A stretch of DNA of 64,000 bases. Origin: an uncultured virus (IMG/VR IMGVR_UViG_3300037418_002777). Taxonomy: Duplodnaviria; Heunggongvirae; Uroviricota; Caudoviricetes. Each line of letters begins with the position of its first letter. The stretch's first letter is position 1. Positions 28,485 through 37,940 of the stretch are shown piece by piece. The translations under genes were made by a program, and so were the position numbers. The stretch is taken from IMG/VR virus record IMGVR_UViG_3300037418_002777, one strand, 5' to 3'. The notes under the pieces were generated by a model. The model did not search any database. It worked only from the letters and a program-made list of their open reading frames with translations, and had not been told where the DNA came from.

Positions 28485-28738
28485 GGGTCGATCTCCACGT
28501 CAAAGCGCAGCACGGCCGCGCCGATTCGCTCGGGCACGACGGCACCGCGCGGCACGATCGCGCTATGGGTGCCCCTGTTCAGGCAGGTGATGGGTGAGTT
28601 CTTCCGGTACGGGCCGGCACCCATCGTCACCTTGGCACGGATGCAGTTGGCCGTGACGCTGGTCACGACGCACGGCACCAGGCCAAGGCCTTCGACGTCC
28701 AGGTAGGCTTCGGTGCCGGTCTTCAGGACGGGTCGCAT
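28481..28738 (-). CDS. hypothetical protein
   Basis: Coupled ORF. Confidence 0.5.
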   Translation of the reverse strand: MRPVLKTGTEAYLDVEGLGLVPCVVTSVTANCIRAKVTMGAGPYRKNSPITCLNRGTHSAIVPRGAVVPERIGAAVLRFDVEIDP

Positions 28739-29292
28739 GGCAGCGTCACCGAGAATTCGCAAATGGTGACCAGATAGTCCTGGCCGCCGACGCCGCCGTC
28801 GCTCAGATTCCTGCGGGCCTGCCGCTCTCCCTCGCTGACCATCTCGTTGACCATCGCCAGCGCCTCGCCCGGATCAAGTGCCTTGCCGTCTGTGCGGCGC
28901 ACCTCGACCAGCACCTGGCAGTAGCTGGTCGGCGCGTTCGGGTCGGCGTTGGCTTCCGGGTCAGCCACGAGCAGGCTGGTGTCGAGCGCCTCGCGCAGGA
29001 TCTGCTTGATCCTCCCCGGCTCGCCTTCGCGGTGCCAGGCCTCCCACGCCGCCCGGTTCTCAGACGTGTTGTGCTCGCCTTGCTGAAAGGGCGGGTGCTG
29101 GTCCAGCGTGGCGCGTGCCGGCACGGCCAGATCGCGCACGTCGAACGCATGGCCGTCCTCGCTGGCGTCGAGGGTGTACCAGTAGGTGAGCCGGCCGGCA
29201 TCCATATCGTCGTCCTTGTAGGCGTGGAAGACGTTGACGCCGTTGTGCGTCATGAACAGCTCGGGCGGGGTCCATTCGGTGGTGTAGGGCAT
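28723..29292 (-). CDS. hypothetical protein
   Basis: 189 aa, AAAGGA RBS. Confidence 0.65.
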   Translation of the reverse strand: MPYTTEWTPPELFMTHNGVNVFHAYKDDDMDAGRLTYWYTLDASEDGHAFDVRDLAVPARATLDQHPPFQQGEHNTSENRAAWEAWHREGEPGRIKQILREALDTSLLVADPEANADPNAPTSYCQVLVEVRRTDGKALDPGEALAMVNEMVSEGERQARRNLSDGGVGGQDYLVTICEFSVTLPCDPS

Positions 29293-29304
29293 AGGGAAGT
29301 CCTT

Positions 29305-29715
29305 TCAGGAAAAGTAGAGTTTGCCGTCGTCGCCGACGTACAGGTCGACCTCGTAAAATCGCTGGGCCTGCTCGGTCAGCTGGCGGCCCAGGTCGCCCAT
29401 GCCGCGGTCCCAGAAGCCCACGCCGTGATGTGCGCGTGTGAACCAGAAGTCGTGGCCGGCGCAGGCCTCCGGGCTGCCGGCGTCGGGGTGGGCGGCCATG
29501 CCGGAGTCGCGGTAGAACTGGTAGGCCTGGACGAGTAAGCGCTCGTTGTACGACTGGAATTCTTGGCAGTCGCTGTATGCCTTGGCCACCGCCTCGGGTG
29601 CAAGGTCGTCCAGGCTGTACTCGTCGAGCAGGCTCTCGATCTCGCCATCGCTGCTCGACCACAGCGCGGCGATCAGGTAGTGGCGGGTGAAGTCGTCGAT
29701 GTCTTTGAGGTTCAT
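29305..29715 (-). CDS. conserved-looking phage early protein
   Basis: YLIAALWSS...AGHDFWFTRAHHGVGFWDR. Confidence 0.7.
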   Translation of the reverse strand: MNLKDIDDFTRHYLIAALWSSSDGEIESLLDEYSLDDLAPEAVAKAYSDCQEFQSYNERLLVQAYQFYRDSGMAAHPDAGSPEACAGHDFWFTRAHHGVGFWDRGMGDLGRQLTEQAQRFYEVDLYVGDDGKLYFS

Positions 29716-30092
29716 ACGTCCTTCTCCCCTTCAAAAATGATCTTGCAGTCGTCGCCGAATCGCTCGCGGGCAAGGTCATACACCTCGTGACGCCGTGCCG
29801 GCGGGTATATCTCGTTGCCGTTGGTCGGGTCGGTCACCACATAGCCCTGCGCCCAGCGGTAGCCGGGTCGGCCATTGCGCGGTGCCGGCACCTCGATACG
29901 CATCGGCCGGCAGTGCACCAGCCACGCGCCCTTCGGATGTGCCCAGGCGCGCCGGCCCCACTGCTCGGCATATTCCTTGGCGTGGCGCCGGGCCACGCTC
30001 TCGCAGAAGTCGGACTGGCTGTGCGGGCCAGTCGTCATGGTGGCCTTGGTCCCGTCCTCCATCTCGACGGTCACTTCCCATCGTGTGCTCAT
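29712..30092 (-). CDS. hypothetical protein
   Basis: MSTRWEV...; GGAGGAGG RBS. Confidence 0.6.
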   Translation of the reverse strand: MSTRWEVTVEMEDGTKATMTTGPHSQSDFCESVARRHAKEYAEQWGRRAWAHPKGAWLVHCRPMRIEVPAPRNGRPGYRWAQGYVVTDPTNGNEIYPPARRHEVYDLARERFGDDCKIIFEGEKDV

Positions 30093-30295
30093 ACCTCCTC
30101 CCAGCACTGGTTGATGGGATGCCAGAACACCTGCTTGCGGGCGGTGATCATGTGGCCAGGCACAATGGCACCGTGGCCAAGTCGGTAAAAGCCGTCGCCG
30201 ACGATGGCGCACAGGTCTTCGTCTTCTTCGAGCTCGACGACCAGGAGGCGCCGGCCGTCCGGTTGGATTTTGGTTTCAGCGTCGATGATTTTCAT
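30089..30295 (-). CDS. hypothetical protein
   Basis: Coupled ORF. Confidence 0.55.
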   Translation of the reverse strand: MKIIDAETKIQPDGRRLLVVELEEDEDLCAIVGDGFYRLGHGAIVPGHMITARKQVFWHPINQCWEEV

Positions 30296-30296
30296 G

Positions 30297-30506
30297 TCAC
30301 AGGTCCTTGGTGGCCACTTCGCTGCGATAAGCGCGCTTGCGCTTCGCAGTCATCTCAAACACTTCGTTGGCGAACTTGTCGGCCAGCCGTTGGCGCAGCT
30401 CGATGCCGTCCCACTCCTGCGGCATGTTCTTAACCTTCTTGAGCAGGTCGTCGCGTACGGCGGCGGTCAGGTCGCGGATGAATTTTCGTTTCTCGGATGC
30501 GTTCAC
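30297..30506 (-). CDS. hypothetical protein
   Basis: Coupled ORF, GTG start. Confidence 0.55.
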   Translation of the reverse strand: MNASEKRKFIRDLTAAVRDDLLKKVKNMPQEWDGIELRQRLADKFANEVFEMTAKRKRAYRSEVATKDL

Positions 30507-31120
30507 ATGTCCTCCCAGGGTAAAGGCGTGGTTTCGTCGGCCGGCGGCCAGCTGCTGCGGTCAAATAGGTCGTCGATCGTCTCATCTTCAACCAGCGCAA
30601 GGTTCGCCACAGTGCCGGGCGTGTGCAGGCGCCGCCAGCAGGTCTCGCGAAAGCGGATCTTCTCCATCAGCGCCAGGTGGCCGGCCTCGCGGTTGCAGTC
30701 ACGGTGCGCCAGTGCCATGTTGGCGATGTGGTCCGGCCCGTTGTGGGTGAGCGAGACCAGGTGCTCGACCGACTCGTCCTCGACTGCCACCGGCAGGTGG
30801 CAGTAGAAGCAGGCGTCGCCGTCGCGCTCGCGCAAGGTCTTGCAGGTCGGGTTGGGCTTGGACCTCCGCTCAGTGCGCGGCGCGGCGCGCCAGCGCTTGG
30901 CGCCAAGGAAGCTCTGGAATGCGGTGCCCGACTGGCCGGTGAACTTGAGCTCGTGGCGCTTGTTGGTGTAGACGACCGAGGTGCCACTGCCGCAGCGGAA
31001 GCGGCACAGCTCCCACTCGTTGGTCGGCGACAGCACCTCGGCACCGACTGCGGTCAGCCAGGCTTCGAACGCCTCCTTGCGGGCCAGGAACCCGGCGCGG
31101 CGCATGTGGAGGACGGTCAT
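30503..31120 (-). CDS. HNH endonuclease
   Basis: RDGDACFYC...SVEHLV...GPDHIANMALAHRDCN. Confidence 0.85.
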   Translation of the reverse strand: MTVLHMRRAGFLARKEAFEAWLTAVGAEVLSPTNEWELCRFRCGSGTSVVYTNKRHELKFTGQSGTAFQSFLGAKRWRAAPRTERRSKPNPTCKTLRERDGDACFYCHLPVAVEDESVEHLVSLTHNGPDHIANMALAHRDCNREAGHLALMEKIRFRETCWRRLHTPGTVANLALVEDETIDDLFDRSSWPPADETTPLPWEDM

Positions 31121-31428
31121 GCTTCCTCCCTTACCGCCAGCGCCGCGGCCAGCAGGTCGCGGACCGCGTTCCAGGCGTCCAGGCCCTTCCGGGTCTTCGG
31201 CTTGGCGCCGCGCGGCCCGGACAGCGCCTTCAGGCAAAGGCCCAGCACCTCGACGATGTGCGCCGGGATCGGCTCGGCTTCCGTGCTGGCAGCGATCTGG
31301 CGCAGGCGGGCAAGGTCCTCGTTGTCGACCAGGGTCATGCCTTCCAGCCGTACGTGGGCGATGTCGCCTAGCCCTCCGCCCTTCCAGTCGGTGTACATGT
31401 TAAAGCAGGTAGCGGTGTGGATTTTCAT
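31117..31428 (-). CDS. hypothetical protein
   Basis: Coupled ORF, AAGGAG RBS. Confidence 0.6.
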   Translation of the reverse strand: MKIHTATCFNMYTDWKGGGLGDIAHVRLEGMTLVDNEDLARLRQIAASTEAEPIPAHIVEVLGLCLKALSGPRGAKPKTRKGLDAWNAVRDLLAAALAVREEA

Positions 31429-31751
31429 GCCGGCTCCTTCATCGTGACAAGGGCTTCAAGCGATTCGTGCACCGTCTTCAAGTCTTCGCGCAGATTGTGT
31501 TCGTCGCAGTGCAGCAAGCGGATCGCCTCGCGGCGTGCCTCGGCGAACGTGAGGAACGCATTGGCGTAATGGTGCACCGGGCGGCTGGGCGACAGGCTGA
31601 CAAACAGCTGGCGGCGTGGCAGGTGCACCTCGCAGCGGTGCTCGTTGACCAGTCCGACCGTGCCGGTCACCCGGCTGATGGTGGGCTTGTGGGCTTTGAC
31701 GCTGACCTCGAACACGGTCAGCACCTCGCCTTCTTTGATGATTTGGGTCAC
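31425..31751 (-). CDS. hypothetical protein
   Basis: Coupled ORF. Confidence 0.6.
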   Translation of the reverse strand: MTQIIKEGEVLTVFEVSVKAHKPTISRVTGTVGLVNEHRCEVHLPRRQLFVSLSPSRPVHHYANAFLTFAEARREAIRLLHCDEHNLREDLKTVHESLEALVTMKEPA

Positions 31752-31999
31752 GGTGCGAACCTCCCCAACAGTTGTACCAGGCTCTCGAGATCGAGCATGT
31801 CCGGCTCGACCACCTGGAAGTGGTCGTCCATGCGCAGCGCCAGGCTGGCCACTTCCTCTTCCAGAGCTTCGGCCATCTCTTCGTTCAGCGAGGCGCGCGC
31901 CAGCAGATGGGCAAGGTCATCCAGTGCCTCGTGCAGGGCGCACTGCGCCAGCACCGCCTTCTTCAGCTGTGCGAGCATCCGCTCGTTTGGTCGGTTCAT
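31748..31999 (-). CDS. hypothetical protein
   Basis: Coupled ORF. Confidence 0.6.
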   Translation of the reverse strand: MNRPNERMLAQLKKAVLAQCALHEALDDLAHLLARASLNEEMAEALEEEVASLALRMDDHFQVVEPDMLDLESLVQLLGRFAP

Positions 32000-32331
32000 G
32001 ACTTTTGCTCCAGGACGTTGCGCAGCTTGGTTTCCCAGTCGCGCATGTTCTGGCCCTGGGCGGACATTGCGAAGACGCTGCCAAACGTCAGGCCGTCGAG
32101 ATTCCGCTTACCGCGCTCATCCAACGTGCCGTCCAGCACCTCGCGGATCGCGATCTCAAGCTCCTTGATGCGCTCGGCCATCGCGACGACGACGTTCGCA
32201 TAGCGCAGATCATCGGCGCCGGGCCAAGGTTCGCCGTGGCGCTGGAACTGCAGCGGCTGGCCCCAGGTATGGGTGACGGTGTACTTGCCGTCGTTGAGGG
32301 TGATGACGTAGGGGTCGTAGGGGTCTTTCAT
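31996..32331 (-). CDS. hypothetical protein
   Basis: Coupled ORF. Confidence 0.6.
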   Translation of the reverse strand: MKDPYDPYVITLNDGKYTVTHTWGQPLQFQRHGEPWPGADDLRYANVVVAMAERIKELEIAIREVLDGTLDERGKRNLDGLTFGSVFAMSAQGQNMRDWETKLRNVLEQKS

Positions 32332-32334
32332 GCG

Positions 32335-32664
32335 TTACTCCTCCAGAGTAGGGCCGCTGGTGTCAGCGACATGGGTGTACGTGACTTGGCCACACAGGCA
32401 GAACGTCTTTTCTGCCAGCGCACCCAGTTCGGTGATCAGGTTGTCGGCGCACCAGGTGCCCTCGTTGCGGTGCCATTCGACCTGCTCCGGCGTCCAGTGC
32501 GCCGGCACGTCAATCTCATACTCGATCACGGCACGCACCCTGACGCGCTTCTTGATCAGCACGCAGTCGTCCTTGTGCGCCGCGCCGATCGGCTGGCCGC
32601 AGTAAAAGCAGGTCCCGTCCATGCGCGCCGGGCGCTGGGCGGCTGCGGTAACGATGAAAGTCAT
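32335..32664 (-). CDS. hypothetical protein with CxxC...H...C metal-binding pattern
   Basis: CFYCGQPIGAAHKDDC. Confidence 0.6.
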   Translation of the reverse strand: MTFIVTAAAQRPARMDGTCFYCGQPIGAAHKDDCVLIKKRVRVRAVIEYEIDVPAHWTPEQVEWHRNEGTWCADNLITELGALAEKTFCLCGQVTYTHVADTSGPTLEE

Positions 32665-32981
32665 GCTTGCTCCTCTTGAACAATGCGGTACACCGTCACT
32701 GGCTTGACCGCTAGGCAGTAGCGCCGCAGGAAGTTGTCTTTGGCAGCGAGCAGGCGCTGGCGCAGCTCGTCGTCATCGAAGCGCCCAAGCTCTTCCAGCC
32801 GGCGGTCGACGGCGCGGGCGTACTGCGTGTGGAAGTCCTCTGCCGTGCCGGAAAGGCTGAGCATAGTGTTCGCGGCACCGCCGACCTTGATCACCTGGAC
32901 CCGGTTGGTGCGCGCCGGGACGAAGGTGATGCCAATCGGGCTGCCGTCCGGCCGGAAGAACTTGGCCAGCGGGTCGGTCAT
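32661..32981 (-). CDS. hypothetical protein
   Basis: Coupled ORF. Confidence 0.6.
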   Translation of the reverse strand: MTDPLAKFFRPDGSPIGITFVPARTNRVQVIKVGGAANTMLSLSGTAEDFHTQYARAVDRRLEELGRFDDDELRQRLLAAKDNFLRRYCLAVKPVTVYRIVQEEQA

Positions 32982-33241
32982 GGCTTCTCCAGCAGGTCGA
33001 TTTTGTGGAACAGCGCCTTCAGGGTCTCGGCGTCGGCCGGCAGTGTGCCGCGCTCGGGAAGGGCACCGAACATCGTGACGGTCACGTTGTCGCCGCCGTG
33101 GAACACGGCGATGTTGCCACGCCCGTAGTAGTCGAACGCGCCGCAGCTGTCGTCCATCGCGATGCTGACCTCGTAGCCCTTGTACGGGACCTTGACGCAG
33201 ACGTGTCCTTCAGACTTGAGTGCCCAGATCGGATCGTTCAT
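32978..33241 (-). CDS. hypothetical protein
   Basis: Coupled ORF. Confidence 0.6.
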   Translation of the reverse strand: MNDPIWALKSEGHVCVKVPYKGYEVSIAMDDSCGAFDYYGRGNIAVFHGGDNVTVTMFGALPERGTLPADAETLKALFHKIDLLEKP

Positions 33242-33495
33242 GGCTTCACCTTGTCGAAGGCCGCGCGCAGCGCGTCGTAATTCTCCTGATGAATGGCACC
33301 GAGCTTGAGAAATTCGCCGACTGCGTCGCGCAGGGCAAGCAGTTTGGCGTGCTGGTTCACCGTCGCGGCGATGTCCTCGGCATCCTCGTCGAAGCCGACG
33401 TAGGCGATCTCGCCAGCGGCGTTCTCGATCACGCGCTGGCCGCTGACCTCGAGTTCTGCGCGCGGCACGGCGCGCACTGGTGTGCGTATTTGCAT
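33238..33495 (-). CDS. hypothetical protein
   Basis: Coupled ORF, AAGGAG RBS. Confidence 0.6.
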   Translation of the reverse strand: MQIRTPVRAVPRAELEVSGQRVIENAAGEIAYVGFDEDAEDIAATVNQHAKLLALRDAVGEFLKLGAIHQENYDALRAAFDKVKP

Positions 33496-33496
33496 G

Positions 33497-33688
33497 TCAT
33501 GCTCCTTGTTGGTTGATCTTCACCCGGCGCTTCACGATGCGCACCGGAGCCTCGGGCTGGTTCTCGCGGTACTCCTTGAGGCGTTCGCGCGCCTCGCGGC
33601 GCGTGTTTTCGCTGCAGACGGTCTCCCAGCCCTGGTCCCAGTGCTGCTCGATGTCGTACTCGTCGCGGGTCTTGCGGACGTAGGTCAT
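33497..33688 (-). CDS. hypothetical protein
   Basis: MTYVRKTRDEY...; GAGG RBS. Confidence 0.6.
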   Translation of the reverse strand: MTYVRKTRDEYDIEQHWDQGWETVCSENTRREARERLKEYRENQPEAPVRIVKRRVKINQQGA

Positions 33689-33698
33689 GTCAGTCCTC

Positions 33699-34175
33699 TC
33701 AGCCAAACCGCACCATGCCGCCGTCCGCGGCCATCTCGAACGCGGCGCGCAGCTGGCGGTAGCCGTAGTGGTAGAAGTCCTCGCCAAACTGTGCCGCCTT
33801 CTCGTCCCACTCGGCAAAGTCACGTGCGAGCTTCGCGCTGACCGCCGGCCCGATCACGCCCTCGCAGTCGGAGAAGTTGATCAGCTCCCAGAACGGCCCG
33901 CTGCTGTGGTTGCTCCAGGCGTCGCTCGCGCTGGCGTACCCGGCCATCTGGGCAAGTTCGTCGCGCCAGGCGTTGTAGTTGCCGTAGCTGCGGGACAGGA
34001 AGTCCTCGCACTCGGCGTACGAGTAGACGGCACCATCCTGCAGGTCGGCCGCGCGGGCCGGGAAGTCCGGGTTGACGTAGACCGCCCGGTACTTTCCGGC
34101 CTCGTAGGCTTCGCTGTACGGCTCGACGCTAGGCGCCAGCGTCAGCTGGCGGTATGCATAAATGTCCACACCCAT
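33699..34175 (-). CDS. conserved-looking phage early protein
   Basis: SYGNYNAWRDELA...PFWELINFSDCEGVIG. Confidence 0.7.
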   Translation of the reverse strand: MGVDIYAYRQLTLAPSVEPYSEAYEAGKYRAVYVNPDFPARAADLQDGAVYSYAECEDFLSRSYGNYNAWRDELAQMAGYASASDAWSNHSSGPFWELINFSDCEGVIGPAVSAKLARDFAEWDEKAAQFGEDFYHYGYRQLRAAFEMAADGGMVRFG

Positions 34176-34178
34176 GGT

Positions 34179-34298
34179 TTAATCCTCCAAGTTGTCGAGA
34201 GCCTCGGCCACGTTGTTGTGGCCGTAGCGTTCCAGCAGGTCGCGCAGATCTTCGTACAGGCCCGGGTACTCGGTCTCGTGTTCGTGTTCGGTTGCCAT
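34179..34298 (-). CDS. 39-aa acidic peptide
   Basis: Manual translation MATEHEHETEY...; GGAGG RBS. Confidence 0.45.
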   Translation of the reverse strand: MATEHEHETEYPGLYEDLRDLLERYGHNNVAEALDNLED

Positions 34299-34299
34299 G

Positions 34300-34548
34300 T
34301 CAGTCCTCCGCGTCCATGTCCTCGCCGTCCACAGTCAACCGGAAGAACGAGGGATCGCTGGACTGCTCGATCAACGCGGCAGCAGCTTGTGGTCCCGTCA
34401 GGAGCACGCCGCCGTCGTCCGACACCTTTCCCGAACAGTCGCCATCAGTGATGGCGTAGGCGAGCTGCTCAAGTGGCAGGTTGGTGGCCGGCGTGTCTTC
34501 GGACAGTACGACGACGGTGTAAGTCGTCTTGAAAAATTTACGGGTCAT
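34300..34548 (-). CDS. hypothetical protein
   Basis: Coupled ORF, AAGGAGG RBS. Confidence 0.6.
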   Translation of the reverse strand: MTRKFFKTTYTVVVLSEDTPATNLPLEQLAYAITDGDCSGKVSDDGGVLLTGPQAAAALIEQSSDPSFFRLTVDGEDMDAED

Positions 34549-35666
34549 GCTTCCTCCTTCGGAAAGTAGTCGTTCTTCAGCGACTCGTAGGCGTTGTCGT
34601 CGCCGACGAAGCCGCCGACGCTATCCCAGTTGATCTCGTTGCCGGCCTTGTCGTAGGTGACGACCACCACGCCGTAGCGGTTGCCGTTGCACCAGTCGGT
34701 GTAGGCCTCGGCGGCCTGCTTGGCCAGCTCGCGGGCGGCGATGTGCTCAGCTTCTTCGAGCGGCCGGAGGAAGGTAACGTGCTCGAGGCCTTTCAGGTAT
34801 TCGAAGGCTTCGTGCCAGTGCTCGAAGCCGCCTTTGGCAACCAGGCTGAGATGGCAGGTCGGGTTGGTGAACAGACTCACCTCCCATGTCGTCACGTCCT
34901 GGAAGCGCTTCTCGCGGAGCAAGCCTTTCCGGTACACCTCGCCGCGACTCTTGATCTTGTCGACGGCTTCGTCGTCCGGCACCCAGCATGCACCTCCTGA
35001 AGCCGTGTCCCACTGGCACTGCATGCCCTGGCCGGACAGGCTGTAGGCGATGCCGCCGTGCTCGTAGACGTTGAGCATGACGGCGTAGGGGTTGCCGATC
35101 GTGCCGTTCTTGCGACCTTCTTCCCACATCTCGCGGCGCAGGTCGTCGAGGTCCAGTTCGTGGGCATGGACTGACATGCGCGCCAGCTCGTAAGGTGAGT
35201 GGAGACAGCTATGCACGAAAGTGACATCGTCCTCCGGCTCGCCATTGACTTCGTCGCGGTCCCAGTGCTCCTCGCAATAAGCCAGCACGGCGGCGAACAG
35301 GTCGGGGTCGGCGTCGATCTTGGCGAGCGCCGCCGCGAGCAGCTTATCCTCGTCGACCAGGTCCAAGTCCGGCCCGCCGCCGTCGTGCCGCAGGCCGAGC
35401 GCTTTGCAGTATCCCTCCAGCGAGCGGTGATGGAGGCGCGCCTCGTAGATGTGGCCCATGCCGTCGCAGTCGGTCAGCGGGTTGGCGCAGTCGTCGTCGT
35501 GCGCCAGGTAGCCCAGGATGACCTGGTCGTCGGTGATGCGGACCAGCGGCTCCCTGTACTCCATGATCAGGTCGGGCTTGAGCGGCAGCTCGACTTCGAT
35601 CTCGGTGCCGGGGATGGTGTAGGTGTAGGTGGTGGTGCGGGTGTGGGTGTGGGTGTGGGTTTTCAT
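34545..35666 (-). CDS. acidic phage early protein (373 aa)
   Basis: VYEHGGIAYS...WD...YTDWCNG.YG; N-terminal (TH)n from a hexamer repeat. Confidence 0.7.
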   Translation of the reverse strand: MKTHTHTHTRTTTYTYTIPGTEIEVELPLKPDLIMEYREPLVRITDDQVILGYLAHDDDCANPLTDCDGMGHIYEARLHHRSLEGYCKALGLRHDGGGPDLDLVDEDKLLAAALAKIDADPDLFAAVLAYCEEHWDRDEVNGEPEDDVTFVHSCLHSPYELARMSVHAHELDLDDLRREMWEEGRKNGTIGNPYAVMLNVYEHGGIAYSLSGQGMQCQWDTASGGACWVPDDEAVDKIKSRGEVYRKGLLREKRFQDVTTWEVSLFTNPTCHLSLVAKGGFEHWHEAFEYLKGLEHVTFLRPLEEAEHIAARELAKQAAEAYTDWCNGNRYGVVVVTYDKAGNEINWDSVGGFVGDDNAYESLKNDYFPKEEA

Positions 35667-35899
35667 TTGAATTCCTTCAGAAATTCAAGGTCGTCGCCAA
35701 GGCGTTCGGCCTGGCGCTTGATCGCCTCGAAGTTGGTGGCGAAGTTCAGGGCCGCAGCGACCGTCTCGGCGTCGGCCTGCTCCGTGCACAGGATTTCGCC
35801 AGCCAGGGCCGGCCCTTCGACGCGCCAGAACTGAGAGTTGCTCGGCTTAATGGCCTCGTACTTCCAGCCGATGCTGGACTTGCGAGGAAGCCTGGTCAT
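35663..35899 (-). CDS. hypothetical protein
   Basis: Coupled ORF. Confidence 0.55.
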   Translation of the reverse strand: MTRLPRKSSIGWKYEAIKPSNSQFWRVEGPALAGEILCTEQADAETVAAALNFATNFEAIKRQAERLGDDLEFLKEFK

Positions 35900-36204
35900 A
35901 GTGGCCACTCCCAGTCGAAGGCCTTGACCTCGCACTGCACGCGCACCTGGCCGATGCAGGGCAGCATGGCGGCCGGGCCGTCGAGCGTGAGGACGTCAAG
36001 TTTGCCTTCCAGGTATTCGCGCAGCTTGCGGCCGATGATCTCGTCGTCATAGTACAGGCGGGTCACGGCGACCGCGAACTCGTCAAAGCTCATCGCGCTG
36101 CGCGGGTAGTTGACGTGGGCGTCGTCGTCGCTGTCACGGATCGGACGCACACCGATGATCTTGTCATTGTGGTAGGTGACGAGGGCGGTGATTTCGATTT
36201 TCAT
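35896..36204 (-). CDS. hypothetical protein
   Basis: Coupled ORF, AAGGAG RBS. Confidence 0.6.
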   Translation of the reverse strand: MKIEITALVTYHNDKIIGVRPIRDSDDDAHVNYPRSAMSFDEFAVAVTRLYYDDEIIGRKLREYLEGKLDVLTLDGPAAMLPCIGQVRVQCEVKAFDWEWPL

Positions 36205-36380
36205 TTCTCAGCTCCTTGCGGGAATCCGAGGTCGCGGTCGCGATCCTTCTCGTTCTCGTAGTTGATGGTCTCGTCGCCGCCCTCGAGCGGGTGGGCGGCA
36301 TCGTAGGCTTCCTGCTGCGCCCATTCGAGCTTGCAGCGGGCGCAGTTGCAGAAGAGGCCGTGGTCAGGTCGGCTGCGCAT
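36201..36380 (-). CDS. small protein with H-x3-CxCxxC
   Basis: Manual translation MRSRPDHGLFCNCARC... Confidence 0.45.
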   Translation of the reverse strand: MRSRPDHGLFCNCARCKLEWAQQEAYDAAHPLEGGDETINYENEKDRDRDLGFPQGAEK

Positions 36381-36382
36381 TT

Positions 36383-36535
36383 CTAACGGTCTCTCGGTGC
36401 GTATTTCGCCGGCAGGCCTTTGGCCTCAAGCCCGCCGTCCTCGTGGCCTTTCATGTAGCCGCGCATCTCGCCTACCTTGTAGGCGATCACCACGACCAGC
36501 ACGGCTGGCACGCCTATAGCCAGTAAATCGTACAT
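36383..36535 (-). CDS. small membrane-anchored protein
   Basis: Manual translation MYDLLAIGVPAVLVVVIAY...; GGAGGAGG RBS. Confidence 0.5.
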   Translation of the reverse strand: MYDLLAIGVPAVLVVVIAYKVGEMRGYMKGHEDGGLEAKGLPAKYAPRDR

Positions 36536-36545
36536 GCCTCCTCCC

Positions 36546-37058
36546 TTAAATAGTCTTCAACAAGGCGCGCAGCTCGCGCAGCTTGTGCAGGTCGGCCACG
36601 TCCGCTTCGTGGCGTTCGAACTGGGCCTGCACCTCGATCGCGGCGTCGCTGACCAGGTCGGACAGTTCCTTGACCTGTTGCGACAGCACGGCCAGGCGTT
36701 GGGCGAGATTGCCCAGGGTGTCGACAACGTTGGTGCCAGTGGCTTTGCTCATGGGTTTATTTTTCTCTTGGGGTTGGGGTTGGGCCTGAATGGCCTCTTT
36801 GAGGTTGGACAGCTCGACTTTCTTGCGCACGCCTTCACGCTTGAAGCCAAGCCGGCTCTCGCGCAGCAGGCCGCAGTCGGTCAGGGCGCGCAGGCAGCCG
36901 TGCAGCACGCCCATGTCGATCGCCATGCCGGCCTTGGCCGCCGCGGCGTAGACCTCCTTGGCGTTCCAGTGCTCTTGCAGCGGCACGTGCTCGTAGACCT
37001 TCTGCGCGATCGCGGTCTGGCCGGAGAATATCTGGCTGAAGCGGGCTTCGGACATCAT
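36546..37058 (-). CDS. putative winged-helix / coiled-coil protein
   Basis: AQKVYEHVP...GCLRALTDCGLLRE, then heptad repeats. Confidence 0.6.
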   Translation of the reverse strand: MMSEARFSQIFSGQTAIAQKVYEHVPLQEHWNAKEVYAAAAKAGMAIDMGVLHGCLRALTDCGLLRESRLGFKREGVRKKVELSNLKEAIQAQPQPQEKNKPMSKATGTNVVDTLGNLAQRLAVLSQQVKELSDLVSDAAIEVQAQFERHEADVADLHKLRELRALLKTI

Positions 37059-37261
37059 GTGGGCTTGTCCTCCAGCGCCGCGTTAATCTCGCCCACCAGC
37101 CGGTCCATCGTGGCGTAGCTGGACTTGCCCCAGTCATTGTCCAGGTGATGTCCAAGGCCGTCCTTCATGCGTACCGTGACGCCGCCGCCGTGCGGCTTGA
37201 CGGAGACTTCGGCGACCTGGTCGGCCGCCACGGCGCAGCCGTCGGAAAGTTTAATCAGCAT
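37055..37261 (-). CDS. hypothetical protein
   Basis: Coupled ORF. Confidence 0.6.
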   Translation of the reverse strand: MLIKLSDGCAVAADQVAEVSVKPHGGGVTVRMKDGLGHHLDNDWGKSSYATMDRLVGEINAALEDKPT

Positions 37262-37430
37262 TGCCTGCCTCCTCGACGGTTGCGTTGTACTGCTGGACCA
37301 GCTTGTTGATCGGGTTATCGGGCAGGCTGCGGGTGACCTGCAGCTCGCGGATCAGGTGGCCCGGCCCGACCAGGGCTTGCAGCACCTGGAACAGGGCGTC
37401 GCGGTCGACGGTGATGGTGTCATTCATCAT
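37251..37430 (-). CDS. hypothetical protein (59 aa)
   Basis: Manual translation MMNDTITVDRDALF... Confidence 0.5.
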   Translation of the reverse strand: MMNDTITVDRDALFQVLQALVGPGHLIRELQVTRSLPDNPINKLVQQYNATVEEAGNAD

Positions 37431-37680
37431 CGCCCTCCCTGGCCTGCAGTGCGCGCACCTCGGTCTCCAGATCGTCCGCCATGACGCCGTTGATACACTC
37501 GACGTCGCCCGGCTCGTCGACGGCGACGGCTAGGTCGTCCACCCGCTCGACCAGCAGGTTGTTGATGCTGGCCGGCGGGTCCTCGCAGCCGAGGACGGTC
37601 TCGAGTTCGTTCATGCGGTCCCAGTAGGCGGCCTTGGCGTCGACGGCGGCGCGCAGGGCGTCGAGAATTTTGCTGGTCAT
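37420..37680 (-). CDS. hypothetical protein
   Basis: Coupled ORF. Confidence 0.6.
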   Translation of the reverse strand: MTSKILDALRAAVDAKAAYWDRMNELETVLGCEDPPASINNLLVERVDDLAVAVDEPGDVECINGVMADDLETEVRALQAREGDDE

Positions 37681-37940
37681 TTCATTCCTTTCCTGGCTTT
37701 CTTTTCAGCCTTCTTGGCCTCGACAGCGGCGTTCCACGCATCGCGCTCGGGGTTGGTGGGTTTGAGCTTGTTAGGAGCGCCGCCGTACCATATTTCGTCA
37801 TGGTGGCCGACACATGGCGCAGAGTCGTCCACCGCGCCGGTCAAGATCAGCTGGGCCAGCATCGCGTCGAACGCCTCGCCCGAGATCGACTCGGTGCCGC
37901 TCATGATGACGACCTTGTCGTCCGGCCCGATGCCGCTCAT
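37677..37940 (-). CDS. hypothetical protein
   Basis: Coupled ORF. Confidence 0.6.
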   Translation of the reverse strand: MSGIGPDDKVVIMSGTESISGEAFDAMLAQLILTGAVDDSAPCVGHHDEIWYGGAPNKLKPTNPERDAWNAAVEAKKAEKKARKGMK